DNA of 64,000 nucleotides from positions 4,958 to 68,957 of the forward strand of contig JAHEZQ010000022.1 of NCBI GenBank assembly GCA_023250955.1, in the 5' to 3' direction. Below the pieces are notes generated by a model. That model ran no database searches. It saw only the letters and a program-made list of their open reading frames with translations, and was not told the origin of the DNA. Positions 34,768 through 46,355 of this stretch are shown piece by piece. The number at the start of each line of letters is the position of its first letter. Within the stretch, counting starts at the first letter, position 1. The position numbers were made by a program, and so were the translations under genes. Origin of the DNA: Melioribacter sp. Its GTDB lineage: Bacteria; Bacteroidota; Ignavibacteria; Ignavibacteriales; Melioribacteraceae.

Positions 34768-37347
34768 ATGCAAAAGATGTTATCAGTTCTATTACTTGTT
34801 TCTTACTCATTTATTGTTGGACAAAATTTAAAATCTCCTGAAGAATTTCTGGGATATAAAGTCGGCGCCGATTATAAAATTGCCGACTATGCAACAATCA
34901 CAAAGTATTTTAAGCACCTTTCGGAAAACTCAGATAAAATCCTTTATCAAAATATTGGTAAGACTACTCTAGGTAAAGAAATGTTCATGGCAATAATTAG
35001 CTCACCCGAGAATTTAAAATCAATTGATAAATACAAAAAAATAATTCAACAGCTTTCTGATCCACGCAAAATAAATGATGCAGATGCATTGCAGTTAACT
35101 AAAGATGGAAAAGTTGTAGTGCTCGTTACTTGCAATATTCATTCTACAGAAATTGCTTCATCCCAAATGTCTATGGAATTTGCTTACACACTTGCAAGCG
35201 GAACAGCACCGGATAAATCTAATAAAGCTCTCAATGATGTTATCTTCATAATAATCCCGTCAATTAATCCAGATGGTACCACGATGGTGGTTGACTGGTA
35301 TAACAAATATTTGAATACCGAATATGATGGTGCTTCTATGCCATACTTATATCATCCATACGCCGGGCATGATGACAACCGTGACTGGTTTATGTTCAAT
35401 CTGAAAGAAACACAAAATGTTGTTAAGGTTGCTTTCTACGAGTGGTTTCCGCAAATATGGTTGGATGAACATCAAATGGGAAGCAATGGTGCACGCTTGT
35501 TTGTTGTACCTTATAAAGATCCGATCAATCCGAATGTGAATCCGCTTATTTGGAGATGGCAAAAAGTAATAGGCGGATTAAGTGCACTGGATCTTCAAAA
35601 GAAAAACTTTACTGGTGTGATTGATCAAGCGTTATATGATGCTTATTGGGAAGGTGCAACAGAAAATTCTCTTTGGCATAATCAAATCGGTATGCTATCT
35701 GAAATGGCAAGCTGTAATGTTGCAAGTCCGATCTTTATTGATTCATCCGAAGTTAAAGCAACTCAAGAAATTACTACTTATGATGTTCGAACAAATTATC
35801 CTTCGCCATGGCGCGGCGGCTGGTGGCGTTTGCGTGATATAGTTGATTATGAACTTGGTCTTACTTACAGTTTGCTTGAAACATCGGCCATGTTTAAGGA
35901 AGATTTATTAAAAACTTATTATACAATGTGTAAGGAAGCAATTGAAAAAGGAAAGGAAGGCAATCCTTACGCATATATAGTCCCGAGAGATCAAAAAGAT
36001 CCTATTACTACCTCATTAATGATTGAAAAACTTCAAATGGGCGGCGTTGAAGTTCAATTTTCTGAAAAGGAATTTAAAGTTGGTAACACTATTTATCCTG
36101 CTAACAGTTATATAATATTTTTAGCACAACCGAATGGAAGATATGTTAAAGATCTTTTTGAAGAGCAAACGTATCCAGATCTTAGAAGATCAAGAAGCGA
36201 AACCCCATTACGTCCTTATGATGTTGCCGGATGGACGCTTCCTTATCAAATGGGTATAAAATTTTTTACTATAAACGAATCAGTTCAAATTGATGCTAAA
36301 ATTATAAATGACCCTCTATATCAATCTGCAATAATACCTACTGATGGGAATTACTTTGTCTCACCTGCGGGATTAAATGTTAATTCGACTTTTATTAATA
36401 GACTTCAAAAAGAAAATATTCCGGTCTATTGGAATAACGAAAAAATCAAGAACGACTCAAACGAATTTGAAGACGGATCAATATTCGTTCAGGTAAATGA
36501 TAGATCAACAAAAGCAGTTAAAGAATTAGCAAATGAACTTCATTTAAAATTAGTTTCTACTGATGTAACAGATAAATCTAAATTGAAAGAACTAAAAAAA
36601 GTTAAAGTTGGATTGTATAAATCTTATTCCGCTAGTATGGATGAAGGGTGGACAAGATTACTTTTAGAAAATTATCAGTTTGAATTTTCACCTATTGTAA
36701 ATAAAGATTTCAAGAATAAAAAATTGAAAGAGAATTTTGACGTTATCATATTTCCTGATATGTCCGGAGACATAATTAAAGCCGGTAAACCAAGCGGCGA
36801 GAATGCGCGTTTCTCCAGACCGAAACCACCTGAATATGAGGGGGGAATTGAAAAAGACGGTGTAGAAAACCTAAAAACATTTATTGAAAAAGACGGTGGC
36901 TATGTAATAGCTCTTGGCCAGGCTTGTAATTTTGCCATTGATGACTTAGGATTGAAAATAACGAATGTTATGAAGAATGTTAAGAGCGATGACTTTTATT
37001 GTCCAGGCTCTTTAGTTAGGATTAATGTAGATAATACAAATCCAATTGGTTACGGAATGGATAGAGAATCAATTGGTTATTTAAGTGATAATATGGCTTT
37101 TGCAACATCAACACCATTTGGTCAGTTCGATAGAAGTGTGGTGGTAAGATATCCGTCAAATAATTTATTAAAGTCTGGATTTTTATTAGGTGAAGATTAT
37201 TTATTCAAACGAAATGCTGTTGTAGATGTTAAACAAAAAAACGGCCATGTAATTTTATTTGGTTTCAAAGTTCAAAACCGTCATCAAACATTTGGGACAT
37301 TTAAGCTACTCTTCAACGCGATTCATTTAGCAGGTATGCAACAATAG
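34768..37347 (+). CDS. M14-family zinc carboxypeptidase-like protein with large C-terminal extension
   Basis: 859 aa. Signal peptide, HSTE (HxxE), INPDG and DDNRDW motifs. Confidence 0.65.
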   Translation: MQKMLSVLLLVSYSFIVGQNLKSPEEFLGYKVGADYKIADYATITKYFKHLSENSDKILYQNIGKTTLGKEMFMAIISSPENLKSIDKYKKIIQQLSDPRKINDADALQLTKDGKVVVLVTCNIHSTEIASSQMSMEFAYTLASGTAPDKSNKALNDVIFIIIPSINPDGTTMVVDWYNKYLNTEYDGASMPYLYHPYAGHDDNRDWFMFNLKETQNVVKVAFYEWFPQIWLDEHQMGSNGARLFVVPYKDPINPNVNPLIWRWQKVIGGLSALDLQKKNFTGVIDQALYDAYWEGATENSLWHNQIGMLSEMASCNVASPIFIDSSEVKATQEITTYDVRTNYPSPWRGGWWRLRDIVDYELGLTYSLLETSAMFKEDLLKTYYTMCKEAIEKGKEGNPYAYIVPRDQKDPITTSLMIEKLQMGGVEVQFSEKEFKVGNTIYPANSYIIFLAQPNGRYVKDLFEEQTYPDLRRSRSETPLRPYDVAGWTLPYQMGIKFFTINESVQIDAKIINDPLYQSAIIPTDGNYFVSPAGLNVNSTFINRLQKENIPVYWNNEKIKNDSNEFEDGSIFVQVNDRSTKAVKELANELHLKLVSTDVTDKSKLKELKKVKVGLYKSYSASMDEGWTRLLLENYQFEFSPIVNKDFKNKKLKENFDVIIFPDMSGDIIKAGKPSGENARFSRPKPPEYEGGIEKDGVENLKTFIEKDGGYVIALGQACNFAIDDLGLKITNVMKNVKSDDFYCPGSLVRINVDNTNPIGYGMDRESIGYLSDNMAFATSTPFGQFDRSVVVRYPSNNLLKSGFLLGEDYLFKRNAVVDVKQKNGHVILFGFKVQNRHQTFGTFKLLFNAIHLAGMQQ

Positions 37348-37360
37348 TTGTTAATTAATA

Positions 37361-37387
37361 ATTGCCCGGATTTATATTCGGGCAATT
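37361..37387 (+). terminator. putative terminator hairpin
   Basis: ATTGCCCG-gatttatat-CGGGCAAT followed by an A/T-rich tail (weak U-run). Confidence 0.5.
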
Positions 37388-37538
37388 ATTATTAATTAAA
37401 AAAACATCAAGCTCTTTTACTCCTTTCGTTTCAACACAAATCACATTTTATATTTTGGATATTAATTTATCTTGAAGGTAATTAAACTTTCTTTTAACAT
37501 CGCATGTCAATTAATCAGACAATAGGTATACATATTCT

Positions 37539-38951
37539 ATGGGCACTTCAAATTATCTGAAAAAAATTTCTGTTTGGGATGCAGATGCAGCACGACATAT
37601 TTTATCGCGTTCACTTTTTGGTTTTACAAAAGATGATGTAACATTTGCACTTACGAAAACTCTCGACGATTTTGTTGATAATTATCTTCTCCAAGATCTT
37701 ACCGAGCCGGCCGCACCTCAATATAATGGTGCTGATTGGGTTACATTGCCGAACAACGTTACTAATCAAACTAGCTACACTAATTGGTTCCGATCAATGG
37801 TTTATTGGTGGTATAATTTAATGATCACTCAAGGTTATTCACTTAGAGAGAAGATGGTGCTGTTTCTACACAATCATTTTGTTTCAGAATATAACACAGT
37901 ACAAATTCCGCAATTGATGTACATTCAAAATAAATTATTTCGACAATATGCTTTTGGAAATTTTATTGACCTTACAAAAAAAGTAACTATTGATTCTGCT
38001 ATGCTGATTTATCTAAATGGAAATGTCAGCACAGGCTCAGCCCCGAATGAAAATTATGCTCGCGAGTTACAAGAATTATTCACTTTAGGTATTGGGAATT
38101 ATACTGAAGATGATATTAAAAATATGGCACTTGCGTTAACAGGCTGGCAAGTAAATGGAGGCTCACTCACATCATTTTTTACCCAGAGTAGATGGGCTAA
38201 TAAATCAAAAACAATTTATGGTAAAACAGGAAATTACACCTATGATCAGGCCGTTGATTTGATATTCTCTGAAAAAACAATACCCGCTTCAGAATTTTTA
38301 TGCAGAAAACTTTACAAAGAATTTGCATACTATGAACCAAACACAGATTACATTACACAACTTGCAGCAGTAATGCGGAATAATAATTTTAATTTGAAAC
38401 CGGTTCTTTCTACTATGCTTAAATCAGAATATTTTCATTCCGTAGATATACGCGGTGCAAGAATAAAACCGCCGGTAGAGTTTTTACTTTCCTCATTGAA
38501 ACAACTTAGCATTACATATTCGAATAATGATCTGCCGAATTACATTCGAACAACTGCTGATTCACTTCAACAGTCTCTATTTAATCCGCCGGATGTTCGC
38601 GGGTGGGAAGGGCAGCGCAAATGGATCAGCACGATTACTTATCCAAACAGAAATGTTTATACGGATGCATTGGTAAACGGGAAAACATATAATAGTATTA
38701 ATTATAAAATGAATGTACTTGCATATGCCAGAAGTTATCCTAATTCTGAAAATGCAGTACAGTTTGTGGAAGATGTTACTAAGCAGCTGATTCAATTTCC
38801 GTTAAGCCAGGCAAGAAAAGATTCGCTATTAAGTACAATGTTAGACGGAACAGTTGTGGGTAATTGGACAACTTACAGCCCCGGTGCAGATACGCGACTG
38901 CAAAAATTGTTTAAGGCATTAATGCGGTTACCAGAATTTCAGTTATCATAA
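37539..38951 (+). CDS. DUF1800 family protein
   Basis: 470 aa. LFLHNHFVSE motif. Paired with DUF1501 downstream, as is usual for these two families. Confidence 0.7.
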   Translation: MGTSNYLKKISVWDADAARHILSRSLFGFTKDDVTFALTKTLDDFVDNYLLQDLTEPAAPQYNGADWVTLPNNVTNQTSYTNWFRSMVYWWYNLMITQGYSLREKMVLFLHNHFVSEYNTVQIPQLMYIQNKLFRQYAFGNFIDLTKKVTIDSAMLIYLNGNVSTGSAPNENYARELQELFTLGIGNYTEDDIKNMALALTGWQVNGGSLTSFFTQSRWANKSKTIYGKTGNYTYDQAVDLIFSEKTIPASEFLCRKLYKEFAYYEPNTDYITQLAAVMRNNNFNLKPVLSTMLKSEYFHSVDIRGARIKPPVEFLLSSLKQLSITYSNNDLPNYIRTTADSLQQSLFNPPDVRGWEGQRKWISTITYPNRNVYTDALVNGKTYNSINYKMNVLAYARSYPNSENAVQFVEDVTKQLIQFPLSQARKDSLLSTMLDGTVVGNWTTYSPGADTRLQKLFKALMRLPEFQLS

Positions 38952-38967
38952 TTTTTTAGAGTTTAAA

Positions 38968-40509
38968 ATGAAGAGAAGAGAATTCTTAAAAAATCTTGGA
39001 ATAGTGACCGGTGCCGGGGCAGTTACACTTACAATCTCCGGAATTCCGATCAAAGCTTTTTCCCGACCATTTATGAATATAAAATCTACTAACGGGAAAA
39101 TTTTAGTTCTCATTCAGCTTAAAGGCGGCAATGACGGATTGAACACTATCATTCCCTATGAAGATTCTGTCTATTATAATAAAAGGCCCGTTATAGGAAT
39201 ACCGAAAGCAAATGTTGTTCAATTAAACAGTTTAACAGGAATGAATCCATCTCTTCAACCGTTAAAACAACTTTTTGATGATGGCAAATTTACTGTAATA
39301 CAAAATGTTGGTTACCAGAATCCAAATCGTTCACATTTTAGAGCCACTGATATTTGGCTTTCTGCTTCTGATTCTAATCAATATATATATGATGGTTGGG
39401 TTGGAAGATATTTATTAAAAACTTATCCAGATTTTCCAAATATTCCCCCACCTCACCCGATGGCAATTCAAATCGGTTCCGTTCAATCTGGTGTATTCGA
39501 TAGTACAGAAGGAGGATTAGCAGTTTCATTCGATAATCCGGATAATTTTTACACGTTAGTTAATGGGATTAATGCCGATACTGATCCACCCCCAGCTACG
39601 ATTGCGGGAGACGAACTAAAATTTTTAAAAGAAGTTGCCGCTCTTTCAATTCAATATGCAAGTGTAATAAAACAGAAAGCTGACTTAGGAAATCCTGTTG
39701 CAAGTTATACTGCTGGAGGCACTTTTGGATCTCAGCTAAAAATTATTGCAGATTTAATTTTGGGCGGATTGGAAACCCCGGTATACTTAGCCACACTTGA
39801 AGGATTTGATACTCATTCAAATCAGAACGGTACAAACTCTCACCCGCTTTTATTAACAAGATTGGCAGAATCTATTAAAGCTTTTCAATCTGATCTTGAG
39901 AAATATGGATTGGCAGATAAGGTTGTTATTCTAACCTTCTCGGAATTTGGAAGGAGAGTTAATGAGAATGCAAGTGCGGGAACCGACCATGGTACTGCAG
40001 CACCAATGTTCTTGATTGGGAAAAATGTTAACGGCGGAGTATTTGGAAATAATCCAAGCTTAACAGATTTAGACAGCAACGGAGATATTAAATATATATT
40101 TGATTTCCGCCAAGTTTACGCTACTATGCTTAAAGATCATTTTGGAATGTCAGCAACAGAAGTAGATCAAGTTTTATTAAAACGTTTTGAAACTCTTGCT
40201 TTGATAAAAACTACTAGCGACGTTAAATATGATTTTAATATTCCTACAGATTTTACATTAAAACAGAATTATCCTAATCCTTTCAATCCGACAACAAGAA
40301 TTGAATATTCATTGCCGCAATCAACAGATGTTAGGTTGAAGGTATACGATACACTTGGAAGAAATGTTGCAACAATTGTAGATGCATTTCAAGCAGCCGG
40401 TAGTTATACGGTAAATTTTAACGGAAGCGCTTATGCAAGCGGCACATATCTTTATTCGTTAGAAGCCGGTTCAGAAAAAATTGTTAAAAAAATGATTCTT
40501 GTTAAATAG
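38968..40509 (+). CDS. DUF1501 (sulfatase/phosphatase-fold) protein with Tat signal and T9SS C-terminal sorting domain
   Basis: 513 aa. MKRREFLKNLG twin-arginine motif; GGNDGLN, GFDTHSNQ, SEFGRR and GTDHG motifs. C-terminal NYPNPFNPTTRIEYSLP...YLYSLEAGSEKIVKKMILVK (Por secretion tail). Confidence 0.85.
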   Translation: MKRREFLKNLGIVTGAGAVTLTISGIPIKAFSRPFMNIKSTNGKILVLIQLKGGNDGLNTIIPYEDSVYYNKRPVIGIPKANVVQLNSLTGMNPSLQPLKQLFDDGKFTVIQNVGYQNPNRSHFRATDIWLSASDSNQYIYDGWVGRYLLKTYPDFPNIPPPHPMAIQIGSVQSGVFDSTEGGLAVSFDNPDNFYTLVNGINADTDPPPATIAGDELKFLKEVAALSIQYASVIKQKADLGNPVASYTAGGTFGSQLKIIADLILGGLETPVYLATLEGFDTHSNQNGTNSHPLLLTRLAESIKAFQSDLEKYGLADKVVILTFSEFGRRVNENASAGTDHGTAAPMFLIGKNVNGGVFGNNPSLTDLDSNGDIKYIFDFRQVYATMLKDHFGMSATEVDQVLLKRFETLALIKTTSDVKYDFNIPTDFTLKQNYPNPFNPTTRIEYSLPQSTDVRLKVYDTLGRNVATIVDAFQAAGSYTVNFNGSAYASGTYLYSLEAGSEKIVKKMILVK

Positions 40510-40583
40510 ATTTAACACTTTTTAAATTGTTTGAATTGATTGTGTTATTTATTTTAATCACATACAACAAATAGGATGGAAAT

Positions 40584-40961
40584 ATGAAACCAAGATTCGT
40601 AGTTATTTTGTCAATACTCTTCTTATTCGGGTTTACAGCACAAACATTTTCTCAAGGTATGGGAGGAATGAATCCACAAGAACGAATGAAGCAGCAACTT
40701 CAGACCTACAAAGAAAGACTTAAACTCACAGATGCTCAATTCAATAAAATTGATACTATTCTTAAAGATCAAATGGGCGAGATGCAGAAACTTAGAGACA
40801 GCAGCAGCGGTGATAGAGATGCAATGAGAGAAGCAATGATGAGCTTAAGAGAAAAAATAAATAAAAAAATTGAAGCACTTCTAGATGATACACAAAAAGC
40901 AGAATTTAAAAAGATTCAGGAAGAAGCAGCTCAAAGAAGACAGGGAATGGGTAGGGGATAA
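40584..40961 (+). CDS. periplasmic Spy/CpxP-like (LTxxQ) protein
   Basis: 125 aa. Signal peptide, LTDAQ motif, helical K/E/Q-rich sequence. Confidence 0.5.
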   Translation: MKPRFVVILSILFLFGFTAQTFSQGMGGMNPQERMKQQLQTYKERLKLTDAQFNKIDTILKDQMGEMQKLRDSSSGDRDAMREAMMSLREKINKKIEALLDDTQKAEFKKIQEEAAQRRQGMGRG

Positions 40962-41235
40962 TAATTTGATAAATCTATATATCGGATGCCGGATATATTA
41001 CGGTATCCGGTATATAATATCAATAAAAATCCAACAGTGATAAGATTTAATCTTAATAAAAACCACTTCTCCTTTGAAAAAAAATATTATTAGCTTTATC
41101 TTAATATTGAAATTAAAAATTACTTATCAGAACTGTGCTCAATTTATTCAAATCACGTAAAAGACTTATCTCAAGTTTAATTCAACCAACCTTATCTATT
41201 ATCAAGGTCAATCATCTTAAAATAGGAGAGAACTA

Positions 41236-41904
41236 ATGGGCTGGGTTTGGAAAAGTTTGAACTCCTCCATCGGCAAAAAGTTGGTAATGGCAATTACAGG
41301 AATATGTCTAATCTTATTTTTAGTAATCCATTTAATTAACAACTTAACACTGTATGCAGGACCGGATTTATTTAACACCGTAGTAAAAAGTTTAGACGGC
41401 ATTAAACCATTAATTAGAGTTGTAGAAATAATTCTTGGCCTCATCTTTATTCTTCACATCATTAACGGAGTACGGTTGTGGATCGAAAACAAAAAAGCGC
41501 GGCCAGTTAATTATACCGTTAACGGTTCATCAAAGAACACAACTGTATTTTCCAGAACTGCTTTTTTTACCGGCAGTATCATATTTATTTTTCTTGTTAT
41601 CCATCTTAGAACTTTTTGGGTTGCATTTAATATGGGAAGTGAGTTAGCAGAAAGCCACAGGTATTATGATATTCTTGTCGAAGCATTTCAAAGTCCGATA
41701 TATTCAGGACTTTATGTTGTAGCTGTATTGCTTTTGGGATTTCATCTTAATCACGGTTTCCAAAGTGCGTTTCAAACTTTCGGATGGAATCATAAAAAAT
41801 ATTTTCCATTGATTGAAAAAATTGGAACTATTTATGCCGTGATTATGACGATCGGTTTTGCTTCAATTCCAATTTACTTTTTATTTTTCTTCGGAGGCAA
41901 GTGA
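41236..41904 (+). CDS. sdhC: succinate dehydrogenase/fumarate reductase cytochrome b subunit (b558 type)
   Basis: 222 aa, five hydrophobic helices with conserved His residues. Precedes sdhA/sdhB. Confidence 0.85.
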   Translation: MGWVWKSLNSSIGKKLVMAITGICLILFLVIHLINNLTLYAGPDLFNTVVKSLDGIKPLIRVVEIILGLIFILHIINGVRLWIENKKARPVNYTVNGSSKNTTVFSRTAFFTGSIIFIFLVIHLRTFWVAFNMGSELAESHRYYDILVEAFQSPIYSGLYVVAVLLLGFHLNHGFQSAFQTFGWNHKKYFPLIEKIGTIYAVIMTIGFASIPIYFLFFFGGK

Positions 41905-43814
41905 TGATAAAATTAGATGCGAAAGTACCTGCGGGTAAATTAGAAGAGAAGTGGACAAGTCACAAATTCAACATGAAACTTGTTAATCCCGCCAACAAAC
42001 GTAAATACGATGTAATTGTTGTAGGAACAGGATTAGCCGGCGCTTCTGCGGCCGCTTCATTAGGTGAACTTGGTTATAATGTTAAAGCATTCACTTTTCA
42101 TGATAGTGCAAGACGTGCACACAGTATTTCTGCACAAGGCGGAATCAACGCCGCAAAAAATTATCAGAATGACGGTGATTCAGTTTATAGATTATTCTTC
42201 GATACAGTAAAAGGCGGAGACTTCCGTTCGCGTGAATCAAACGTTTACCGTCTTGCAGAAGTAAGCAACGGAATTATTGATCAATGTGTTGCCCAAGGCG
42301 TGCCTTTTGCACGTGAATACGGAGGTTTACTTGATAACAGATCTTTCGGCGGTGCTCTTGTATCAAGAACATTTTATGCAAGGGGGCAAACAGGTCAGCA
42401 GCTTTTACTTGGCGCTTACACTGCAATGAACCGTCAAATCAATCTTGGAAAAGTAAAACTCTACACCCGGCGTGAAATGCTTGATGTGGTAGTTGTTGAC
42501 GGTGTAGCTAAAGGAATTGTTGTAAGAAATATGATAACAGGCGAGATAGAGAAATATTCTGCGCATGCAGTTATTCTTGCAACAGGCGGATATGCCAATG
42601 CATATTTCCTTTCTACCAGTGCTATGAATTGTAACGCAACTGCTATATGGCGTGCACATAAACGCGGCGCCGCTTTTGCAAATCCGTGCTTCACACAAAT
42701 ACATCCTACATGTTTGCCTGTTCACGGAGAAAATCAATCTAAGTTAACATTGATGAGTGAAAGTTTGCGGAACGACGGACGCATTTGGGTTTCCAAAATT
42801 AAAAAAGATATGCGCAAACCAAACGACATTCCTGAAGAAGAACGTGATTATTATCTCGAAAGAAAATATCCTACTTACGGAAATTTAAGTCCGCGCGATA
42901 TTTCATCACGCGCCGCAAAGGAAGCTATTGATGACGGAAGAGGCGCTCAGGGACAAGACGCTGTTTATCTTGATTTTCAAGATGCGATCAACCGTCTTGG
43001 ACAACATGTAATTGAAGAACGTTACGGAAATCTTTTTGAAATTTACGAAACAATCACCGGTGATAATCCTTACAAATCACCGATGAAAATTTATCCTGCA
43101 CCGCATTACACTATGGGCGGTTTATGGGTGGATTACAATTTGATGAGTACGATTCCCGGATTGTTTGTAGCCGGTGAAGCTAATTTTTCAGATCACGGTG
43201 CAAACCGTCTTGGTGCAAGCGCTTTAATGCAAGGATTAGCAGACGGTTACTTTGTTATACCTTATACAATCGGAAATTATCTTGCTGGAGATAAACCTAC
43301 TTTAGTTAAAGCTGATCATGCAGAATTCAACAAAGTTCAAAAAGAAGTTGAAGATATGACAACAAAACTGCTTTCGATCAAAGGAAAGAGAACTGTTGAT
43401 GACATACACAAACAACTCGGCAGAATTATGTGGAATAAAGTAGGCATGGGTAGGAATGAAAAAGGATTGAAAGAAGCAATAGTTGAGATAAAAGCTTTGA
43501 GAGAAGAATTTTGGAAAGATGTAAATGTAGTTGGTGATTCGAAAGATGTTAATCAATGTCTGGAACGCGGTGCAAGAATTGCAGATTACCTTGAGCTTGG
43601 AGAATTAATGGCTCTTGATGCTCTAACACGCAATGAATCATGCGGCGGACATTTCAGAGAAGAATATCAAACGCCCGAAGGTGAAGCTTTAAGGAATGAT
43701 GAAGATTATACTTTTGTTTCAGCATGGGAATTTAAGGATGTTGGTAAATGGGAATTGAATAAAGAACCTCTTGAATTCACTTCTGTTAAATTAGCTACAA
43801 GGAGTTATAAATAA
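41901..43814 (+). CDS. sdhA: succinate dehydrogenase/fumarate reductase flavoprotein subunit
   Basis: 637 aa. [13 protein letters not shown] loop, [10 protein letters not shown] flavinylation His region. Confidence 0.93.
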   Translation: MMIKLDAKVPAGKLEEKWTSHKFNMKLVNPANKRKYDVIVVGTGLAGASAAASLGELGYNVKAFTFHDSARRAHSISAQGGINAAKNYQNDGDSVYRLFFDTVKGGDFRSRESNVYRLAEVSNGIIDQCVAQGVPFAREYGGLLDNRSFGGALVSRTFYARGQTGQQLLLGAYTAMNRQINLGKVKLYTRREMLDVVVVDGVAKGIVVRNMITGEIEKYSAHAVILATGGYANAYFLSTSAMNCNATAIWRAHKRGAAFANPCFTQIHPTCLPVHGENQSKLTLMSESLRNDGRIWVSKIKKDMRKPNDIPEEERDYYLERKYPTYGNLSPRDISSRAAKEAIDDGRGAQGQDAVYLDFQDAINRLGQHVIEERYGNLFEIYETITGDNPYKSPMKIYPAPHYTMGGLWVDYNLMSTIPGLFVAGEANFSDHGANRLGASALMQGLADGYFVIPYTIGNYLAGDKPTLVKADHAEFNKVQKEVEDMTTKLLSIKGKRTVDDIHKQLGRIMWNKVGMGRNEKGLKEAIVEIKALREEFWKDVNVVGDSKDVNQCLERGARIADYLELGELMALDALTRNESCGGHFREEYQTPEGEALRNDEDYTFVSAWEFKDVGKWELNKEPLEFTSVKLATRSYK

Positions 43815-44584
43815 TGGAACATAAAAAAATAAATTTAACTCTTAAAATTTGGCGCCAGCATGGTCCCAAAACACCCGGCAGTTTTGTTGCATATAAAGTA
43901 GCTGTTTCACCGGATTCATCGTTCTTAGAAATGCTGGATGATATTAATAATGACCTTGAAAGCAAAAGTCTTGAGCCGATTGCTTTTGAAAGCGATTGCC
44001 GCGAAGGAATTTGCGGAACTTGCGGACTTGTAATTAACGGACAGCCTCACGGACCAATTCCAAGAATTGCTACTTGCCAATTGCACATGAGAAATTTCAA
44101 AGAGGGCGATACAATTTATATTGAACCGTTCCGTGCAAAAGCATTTCCGATCATTAAAGATTTGATGACAGACCGTTCTGCTATGGATAGAATTATGGAA
44201 GCAGGCGGATTTATTTCTGTTAATACTGGTAGTGTTCCGGATGGAAACGCAATTCCGATCGCAAAAGAAATTGCATCCGAATCAATGGATGCCGCACAAT
44301 GTATCGGATGCGGTGCATGTGTAGCTGCTTGCAAAAATGCATCGGCAATGTTGTTTGTAAGTGCTAAAGTTTCTCAATTTGCACTTCTTCCTCAAGGAAT
44401 GCCTGAGCGTTATCAGCGTGTAGAAACAATGGTGAAAGTGATGGATGAATACGGATTCGGAAGCTGCTCTAACACTTATGCATGCGAAGCTGAATGCCCT
44501 AAAGGAATTTCCGTAAAGAACATTGCACGTATGAACCGAGAGTATTTTATGGCTAAAATTAAATCTACTAATGTAAAAGTGTGA
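43814..44584 (+). CDS. sdhB: succinate dehydrogenase/fumarate reductase iron-sulfur subunit
   Basis: 256 aa. [20 protein letters not shown] and CEAECP cluster motifs. Confidence 0.92.
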   Translation: MEHKKINLTLKIWRQHGPKTPGSFVAYKVAVSPDSSFLEMLDDINNDLESKSLEPIAFESDCREGICGTCGLVINGQPHGPIPRIATCQLHMRNFKEGDTIYIEPFRAKAFPIIKDLMTDRSAMDRIMEAGGFISVNTGSVPDGNAIPIAKEIASESMDAAQCIGCGACVAACKNASAMLFVSAKVSQFALLPQGMPERYQRVETMVKVMDEYGFGSCSNTYACEAECPKGISVKNIARMNREYFMAKIKSTNVKV

Positions 44585-44606
44585 AAACCTTGAAGGTTGC
44601 ATAATT

Positions 44607-44638
44607 AAATCCCGGCTAATTAAGTCGGGATTTTTTTA
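44607..44638 (+). terminator. rho-independent terminator after sdhB
   Basis: AAATCCCG-gctaattaagt-CGGGATTT followed by TTTTT. Confidence 0.8.
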
Positions 44639-44705
44639 TGGCTTTTTGGTATTATTGACCGTGCACTTTGATTTTTCGGTGTTGTTAAAGGAGAATTACT
44701 GATTC

Positions 44706-46355
44706 ATGTTCGAAAGAGAAATAAAATTCATCTATGATTTCAATCTGAATAAGGTTAATAAACTCGGACCTTTTTTCACATTCGAACAACTTCTTGCTTC
44801 CGATGTACATCCGGCAATCCTTCAATATATATCAGCGGAAATAGATTACTTGATTTTTGAGGATCGGCAGAAACTTCTTAAAAATTCCGTCTTCGATTAT
44901 TCGGGGGAAAAAATTTCATATCATTTTAACCAGATATCGGAAGAAGTTAAAAAGACAAAACGTTTTGCTGTTGAGTACATTGCTAAGTTAGTACTGCACG
45001 CTTCATCGTTTACTGTAAATTATCTTATACATCCTAAGTGGACGTTACAAAAATTTGTATTTGATGAATCCCCGACCAAAACAACAAATGAAATCAAACA
45101 GATTCTGAATTATGTTCATTATTACAAATACACAAACAGAATTCTAATATCATATATCAACACAAAAAAGATTTTATCAATGAACTCGCAAGAGTTCGAG
45201 GAACTTCTGAACAAAGCCGATAAGCTTGGAACGGAAACTTATTTAGAAGCTATTTTATCGAATGCACTTAAATCAATGGCTGAGTTTTTAAATATCGGCG
45301 AGATCAAGAAATCAAAAGTGCCTCTTTCAGCAGTAGAAATGTTTTTAGAAGAAAAAGAATTAATATCATATTTGCAAAAGGTCAGCGAAACATTTGGTAA
45401 AGATGAAAATGCAAAGATTGAGATCAGTGATATATTAAAAGTTATGAAAAATGTTATGATTGTTAAAGAAGAACCTTTACCCGAGATCGAGGAAGAAGAG
45501 AAATTTGAAACTGAAGAAATAGAAGCGGAAAAACCAAAAAATGAAGAGGGTAAAGCAGAAGTAAATTTGGAAGAAGAACAACAGCAAGAGCATGAGAAAG
45601 AAGAGATTGAAACATTTGACGAACAAACAGATACTGTAGAAGAAGAGCTTTCAGAAGAAGAAGTTATGGTAGAGAAAGAAATTTCTATTCCACAATCTGC
45701 TAAGCTAAGAATTAGAATGGATGAGGATATTAGAATTGAACCTGTGTATGAAGAACAAACTGCGAGTGTTGCGGAAAACACATTAGAAGAAAGTGATGAA
45801 ATTGACGATTCAACTGCGGCTGTAAACAATACTGTTGACTTGAATGTTGCAGAAGAAAAACACGAAGAAGATTTATTCGATAAATCCGAAATGCCTAATG
45901 AAGAAAACGAAGAACAGGATCGCCTCTCATTTATAATTAAACAAAAGGAAAATGTACAAACTGATGTTAAAAACAAAAAGTTGAAAGAAGAAGAATTGAC
46001 CAATAGTGAAAATGCTGTTGAAAGTGGTGATAACACTGATTCTGAAAAAGAATTTGAATATGTAGATAAGGCAAATGAGTTAGCAGAAAATTTTCAGCAG
46101 GAAAGTGATGAGTCATTCAAAGTTGATCTCGCAGAGATTCTTGAACATAAAGAGATGACAAAAATAATAGAAATCATCTATGATTATGATATTGAAGACT
46201 TTGCAAAAACTCTCGATGAAATTTCGAGCTGTAGAAATGCTGATGATGCACATTTGGTAATTAACCAAACTTTGATAACCCGCCGTATTAATCGCAATTC
46301 AAAAGAAGCAGAAATTTTTAGATCAATCATTTCAGAATATTTCGGCGGTAAATAA
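44706..46355 (+). CDS. hypothetical protein with long Glu-rich acidic central region
   Basis: 549 aa. Structured-looking N- and C-terminal parts flank about 200 aa of E/K/D-rich low complexity. Its stop codon directly abuts the obg start (TAAATG). Confidence 0.5.
   Translation: MFEREIKFIYDFNLNKVNKLGPFFTFEQLLASDVHPAILQYISAEIDYLIFEDRQKLLKNSVFDYSGEKISYHFNQISEEVKKTKRFAVEYIAKLVLHASSFTVNYLIHPKWTLQKFVFDESPTKTTNEIKQILNYVHYYKYTNRILISYINTKKILSMNSQEFEELLNKADKLGTETYLEAILSNALKSMAEFLNIGEIKKSKVPLSAVEMFLEEKELISYLQKVSETFGKDENAKIEISDILKVMKNVMIVKEEPLPEIEEEEKFETEEIEAEKPKNEEGKAEVNLEEEQQQEHEKEEIETFDEQTDTVEEELSEEEVMVEKEISIPQSAKLRIRMDEDIRIEPVYEEQTASVAENTLEESDEIDDSTAAVNNTVDLNVAEEKHEEDLFDKSEMPNEENEEQDRLSFIIKQKENVQTDVKNKKLKEEELTNSENAVESGDNTDSEKEFEYVDKANELAENFQQESDESFKVDLAEILEHKEMTKIIEIIYDYDIEDFAKTLDEISSCRNADDAHLVINQTLITRRINRNSKEAEIFRSIISEYFGGK

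Noticed and set aside
45239-46036. 265-aa Ser-rich minus-strand ORF
   Set aside because: It is the antisense reading of the GAA/GAG-rich acidic region of 44706..46355. This is a low-complexity mirror ORF, and the sense gene has better context (coupled to obg).
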